Assembly: GCF_009914755.1 (NCBI RefSeq)
Contig: NC_060930.1
Reading direction: 5' to 3' (one strand)
Length of the DNA stretch: 64,000 nt
Source: the human T2T-CHM13v2.0 reference genome, Homo sapiens
Shown here: positions 56,301 to 64,000 of the stretch, piece by piece
Position numbering within the stretch: position 1 is the first letter of the stretch
How the letters are laid out: the number at the start of each line of letters is the position of its first letter
Notes under the pieces: generated by a model
Database searches by the model: none
Seen by the model: the letters and a program-made list of their open reading frames with translations, nothing else
What the model was told of the DNA's origin: nothing
Made by a program: the position numbers and the translations under genes

Positions 56301-57145
56301 CCAAAAGCAATTGCAACAAAAGCAAAAATTGACATATGGGATCTAATTAAACTAAAGAGCTTCTGCACAGCAAAAATAAACTATCATCAGAGTGAACTGA
56401 CAACCTACAGAATGGGAGAAAATTTCTGCAAGAAATTTTCTCACAAAGGTCTAATATCCAGAGTCTACAAGGAACTTAAATTCACAAGAACAAGACAAAC
56501 AACCCAATTAAAAAGTGGGCAAAGGATGTGAACAGACATTTCTCAAAAGAAGACATACATGCAGCAAACAATCATATGAACAAAAGTTCAACAACATAAC
56601 CAATCGTTAGAGAAATGCTAATCAAAACCACAATGAGATATCATTCACACCAGTCAGAATGGCTTTTATTAAAAAGTCAAAAAATAGCAGATGCTGGTGA
56701 GGTTGTGGAGAAAAAGGAATGATTACATATTGTTGGTGAGAGTGTAAATCAGTTGAATTATTGTGGAAATTGGTATGGCGATTTCTCAAAAACCTAAAAG
56801 CAGAAATTCCATTTGACCCAGTAATACCATTACTGAGTATACACCCAAAGGAATATAAATTATTCTATTATAAAGACACATGCATGCATATGTTCATTGC
56901 AGCACTATTAACAATAGCAAAAACATGAAATTAACCCAAATTTCAATCAATGATAGACTGAATAAAGAAAATGTGGTATATATACACCATGAATACTATG
57001 GAACCATAAAAAGGAACAAGATCATATCCTTTGCATGATCTGATGGAGATCATCATGGATGGAGCTAGAAGCCATTATCTTCAGCATACTAACACAGGAA
57101 CAGAAAACCAAACACCACATGTTCTCACCTATAAGTGGGAGCTGA
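53333..57145 (+). pseudogene. L1 ORF2 remnant (endonuclease, RT, C-rich), many frameshifts
   Basis: ILNIYAPNTGAP (EN), LFADDII (RT), [15 protein letters not shown]. Confidence 0.9.
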
Positions 57146-57807
57146 TGGATGAGAACACATGGACACATGGGGGGAACAACATGCACTGAGGCCTGTTGGC
57201 AGGGGAGAGAGAAAGACATCAGGAAGACTAGCTAATGGATGCTGGGCTTAACACCTAGGTGATGGATTAATCTGTGCAGCAAACCACCATGACACACATT
57301 TATCTATGTAACAAAACTGGACATCCTGCACATGTACCATGGAAATTAAAATTAAAGTTGAAGAAAAACAAAGAAAATACAGGGAAAAATCCCCTTGTCA
57401 TTGTTCTTGGCATTCATTGCATAGATATGACACCAGAAGCACAGGCAACAAAAGCAAAAATAGATAAGTAGGACTACATCAAACTAAAAAGCTTCTGCAG
57501 AACAAAGAAAACCATCAACATTGTGAAAGGGCAAATTATAGATTGGAAGAAAATATTTGCAAACCATTTATCCAAGAAGGAGTTTTTCAAAATATATATT
57601 TTCAAAATATATAAGGAATTACTACTACTCAAGAGCAAAAATACTAATATCCCAATTTAAAAATGGGCTAAAGACTCGAAGAGGCATTTCTCTAAAGACA
57701 TACAAATGGTCAACAGGTATATGAAAAGATGTTCAATGTCATTAATCATCAGAAAAATGCAAATCAAAACCACAAGGAAATATCACTTTGCATCTGTAAA
57801 GATGATT

Positions 57808-61223
<3,416 letters not shown>

Positions 61224-61898
61224 TGATGCAACCCCTATAGAAAACAGTATGGAAGTTCCTCAAAAATTAAAAATAGAACTATTGTTCTATTGTTCTATTG
61301 TAATCCAACAATCCCACGTCTGGGTCTTTATCCAAAAGTATTGAAATCAGGATCTTGAAGAGATATTAGTGCTCCCATATTTATTGTAGCACTATTCATA
61401 CAATAGCCAGGATATAGAAACAACCTAAATGTCCACCGATAGATGAATAGACAAAGAAAATGCATATATAGACAATGGAATATTGTTCAGCCTTAAAAGA
61501 AGAAAATTCTGTAATGTGCGACAACCTGGATAAACCTTGAGGACATTATGATAAGTGAAATAGTCACAGAAAGACAAATACTGCATGATTCCATTTATAT
61601 GAGGACTCTAAAACGTCAAATTCATAAAAGCAAAGAGTAGAATACTGTTTCCAAGGGGAAATGGGGAATTAATAATCAACAGGCCTAAAGGTTCAGTTAA
61701 GCAAGATGAATAAGTTCTAGAGACCTACAGTACAACATTGTGTCTATGGTCAACAATACTATACTGTACACTTAATATTTGAAGGAAGTAGACTCATGTT
61801 AAGTGTTCTTAACACATGTAAAGTGAATTTTTTTAAGAAAATAAGAATGAAATTGTAGCAATTAAATAGAAGTAAGCATCAGAGAGATAGCACTTTTC

Positions 61899-62172
61899 TT
61901 TTTTCTTTCTTTTTTTTTTTGAGACAGAGTCTGGCTCTGTCTCCTAGGCTGGAGTGGTGGCACAATCTCACCTCACTGCAACCTCTGCCTCCAGGTTCAA
62001 GCGATTCTCATGCCTCAGTCCACCATCACACCCAGATTTTTTTTGTATTTTTAGTAGAGATGAGGTTTTACCATATTGGCCAGTCTGGTCTCAAACTTCT
62101 GACCTCAGGTGATCCGCCTGCCTCAGCTTCTCAAAGTGCTGGGATTACAGGCGTAAGCCACCAAACCCGGCT
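61899..62172 (-). mobile_element. AluS with internal deletion
   Basis: TSD GAGATAGCACTTTTC at 61884-61898 and 62173-62187. Confidence 0.92.
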
Positions 62173-62226
62173 GAGATAGCACTTTTCAATTTTAAATTCT
62201 TACTTAGTTGCATGTCTTCATAACTT

Positions 62227-62537
<311 letters not shown>

Positions 62538-62589
62538 TAAATTTAAGTTCGTGCCACTACACTCTTAGTTGAATGACTATAATAAAGAA

Positions 62590-63582
62590 TATTGCCAATA
62601 CCAAAGACTAGCATGGATACAGTGCAAGTGAATCTCTTATACATCGATATGGGATTATATCATACAATACTGTTGTAGTAGTTATTAAGAAATTATTTTA
62701 GGCAGATAGAGAGGAAAAGGGATCCTTGGGAAGTTTTCGTTTTTAAAGCAGCTCTTAGAGCCAGGCTGGCAACCTTTCATATGCAAATGCAGGACATTAG
62801 AAACTGGGTCCACCCAAACATGGCAATTCCCGCGGCCTTCTTGCCCTTGCCCCACATGATCCTAGCAACACGCCCAACCCCCCCTATCCCCACGTGTGTG
62901 GAACATCATTACGCCCTGCATTTGCATATTAAAAGGCTAGGGTGAGAGTGCCAGCTTTTTCACCGGCTACGTGAATGACATGCCTGGTCAAACCAATCCC
63001 CTGAGCCCTATGCAAATCAGACACCACCTCCTCCAGCCTACTCATAAAACTGGCTGGTATCCGTGGCACTTAGGGTTCCCTCTCTCAGCTTTGGAGCCCC
63101 CCTCCCTCTGTCTCTATACAGAGGAGCTTCTTTCTTTCTTCTCCCTTCTTTCTTGCCTACTAAACTCTCCGCTCCTTAAAACCACTCCATGTGTGTCTGT
63201 GTCGTTTTTTCCAGTTAGACTGGAGACAAGACCCCTGGTGTTCCTCCACCCATTGGAGCCATATCAATAGTACCACTACTGTGAAAACAGCTTGACAGTC
63301 TATTATAAAGTTAAACATACACTTACCATACTCCCCAACAATTAACTCAGGTGTATTTACCCTAAAGAAATGAAACATACACCCCAAAAAACTCAGGTGT
63401 ATTTGCCCTAAAGAAATGAAAACGTAGGTCTGCACAAAAACCTGTATACGAATGTTCATAGCTTTATTTATAATAGCCAGAAACTGGAAACAGTCCAAAT
63501 GTCCTTCAATGTTTGAACGGTCAAGGAAACTATGGTACATCTTACCATGGAATACTACTCAGCAATTAAAAAGAACAAACTA
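62590..63582 (+). mobile_element. L1M (MB/MC-like) fragment split by the MER61 LTR
   Basis: AAAGTTAAACATACACTTACCATA..AAACTGGAAACA..ATGGAATACTACTCAGCAAT. Confidence 0.75.
62671..63266 (+). mobile_element. MER61-like ERV1 solo LTR
   Basis: AGTTATTAAGAAATTATTTTAGGCAGATAGAGAGGAAAAGGG matches the recalled MER61 start; TG...CA ends; 4-bp TSD ATAC/ATAG. Confidence 0.8.
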
Positions 63583-63889
63583 TATTTTTCTATTTTTTTC
63601 CTGCTACGACAAAAAAAAACTTTAAAATATTTTTTACAGACATGAGTGCTTGAAAAAGCTCTTAACTATTATGGAAATGAAAACATTAATAATTAATGTT
63701 AGTATAACAGACCTCTGAATGTTAATACACTGGAAAAATAAAACTTAAAATGAAAATGAATCTTAAAGCTCTGCTATCTCAGTAAGAACATTTACCTTCT
63801 ATTTTTCTTTTTCTTTACAGGTGTTAATGATTAAATACTGCTAATATAAATAGTTTTATATTAATGACACACTTTTTAAAATAGTCCAT

Positions 63890-64000
63890 GAAATTTGTTC
63901 AAGTTCCTTATGGATGCTGGAAATTAGACCTTTGTCAAATTCACAGTTTGCAAACATTTTCCTCCATTCTGTAGGTTGTCTCTTTACTCTGTTGATAGTT
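63890..64000 (-). mobile_element. L1 ORF2 fragment running off the window
   Basis: ATTAGACCTTTGTCA..TTTGCAAACATTTT..CATTCTGTAGGTTGTC. Confidence 0.85.

Larger units (their letters stand above)
50522..57370 (+). mobile_element. Full-length L1PA10-12-like LINE (5'UTR, ORF1, ORF2, 3'UTR), decayed
   Basis: Starts GGCCAAGATGGCC; ORF1 and ORF2 remnants; 3'UTR GCTAATGGATGCTGGGCTTAA; TSD AAGAAAATACAGG at 50509-50521 and 57371-57383. Confidence 0.95.

Overview
Primate genomic DNA, not prokaryotic; the L1PA3/L1PA4-like and AluY copies point to a hominoid, probably human or great ape. The window is dominated by transposable-element fossils and contains no protein-coding host gene, rRNA, tRNA or CRISPR array that I can recognise. 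The main elements are: (1) a complete but decayed HERV-L provirus on the minus strand (16852-23369) with two MLT2A-type LTRs and a perfect CCTTC target-site duplication (TSD); (2) 5'-truncated L1PA copies at 13899-14876 and 30351-33296; (3) an 11.4-kb nest (50412-61855) in which an old L1MA hosts a full-length L1PA11-like element, itself Alu-interrupted, and a twin-primed 5'-inverted L1PA4; (4) a MER61-like solo LTR, MaLR/ERVL solo LTRs, 13 Alus, MER DNA-transposon relics and MIR/L2 fragments. Almost all long ORFs in the track are L1, HERV-L or Alu remnants. I found no convincing new biological system. The most unusual signals are structural scars: a local inverted duplication of a MIR inserted into a MER5A (125-bp stem), an in-frame templated hairpin insertion in L1 ORF1 matching 20 nt of its own 5'UTR, a ~50-bp polyadenylated micro-retrocopy, variants shared between two L1s of different subfamilies, and an exon-like ORF restored by removing an AluJ. 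Subfamily names come from remembered consensus sequences and need RepeatMasker/Dfam confirmation.
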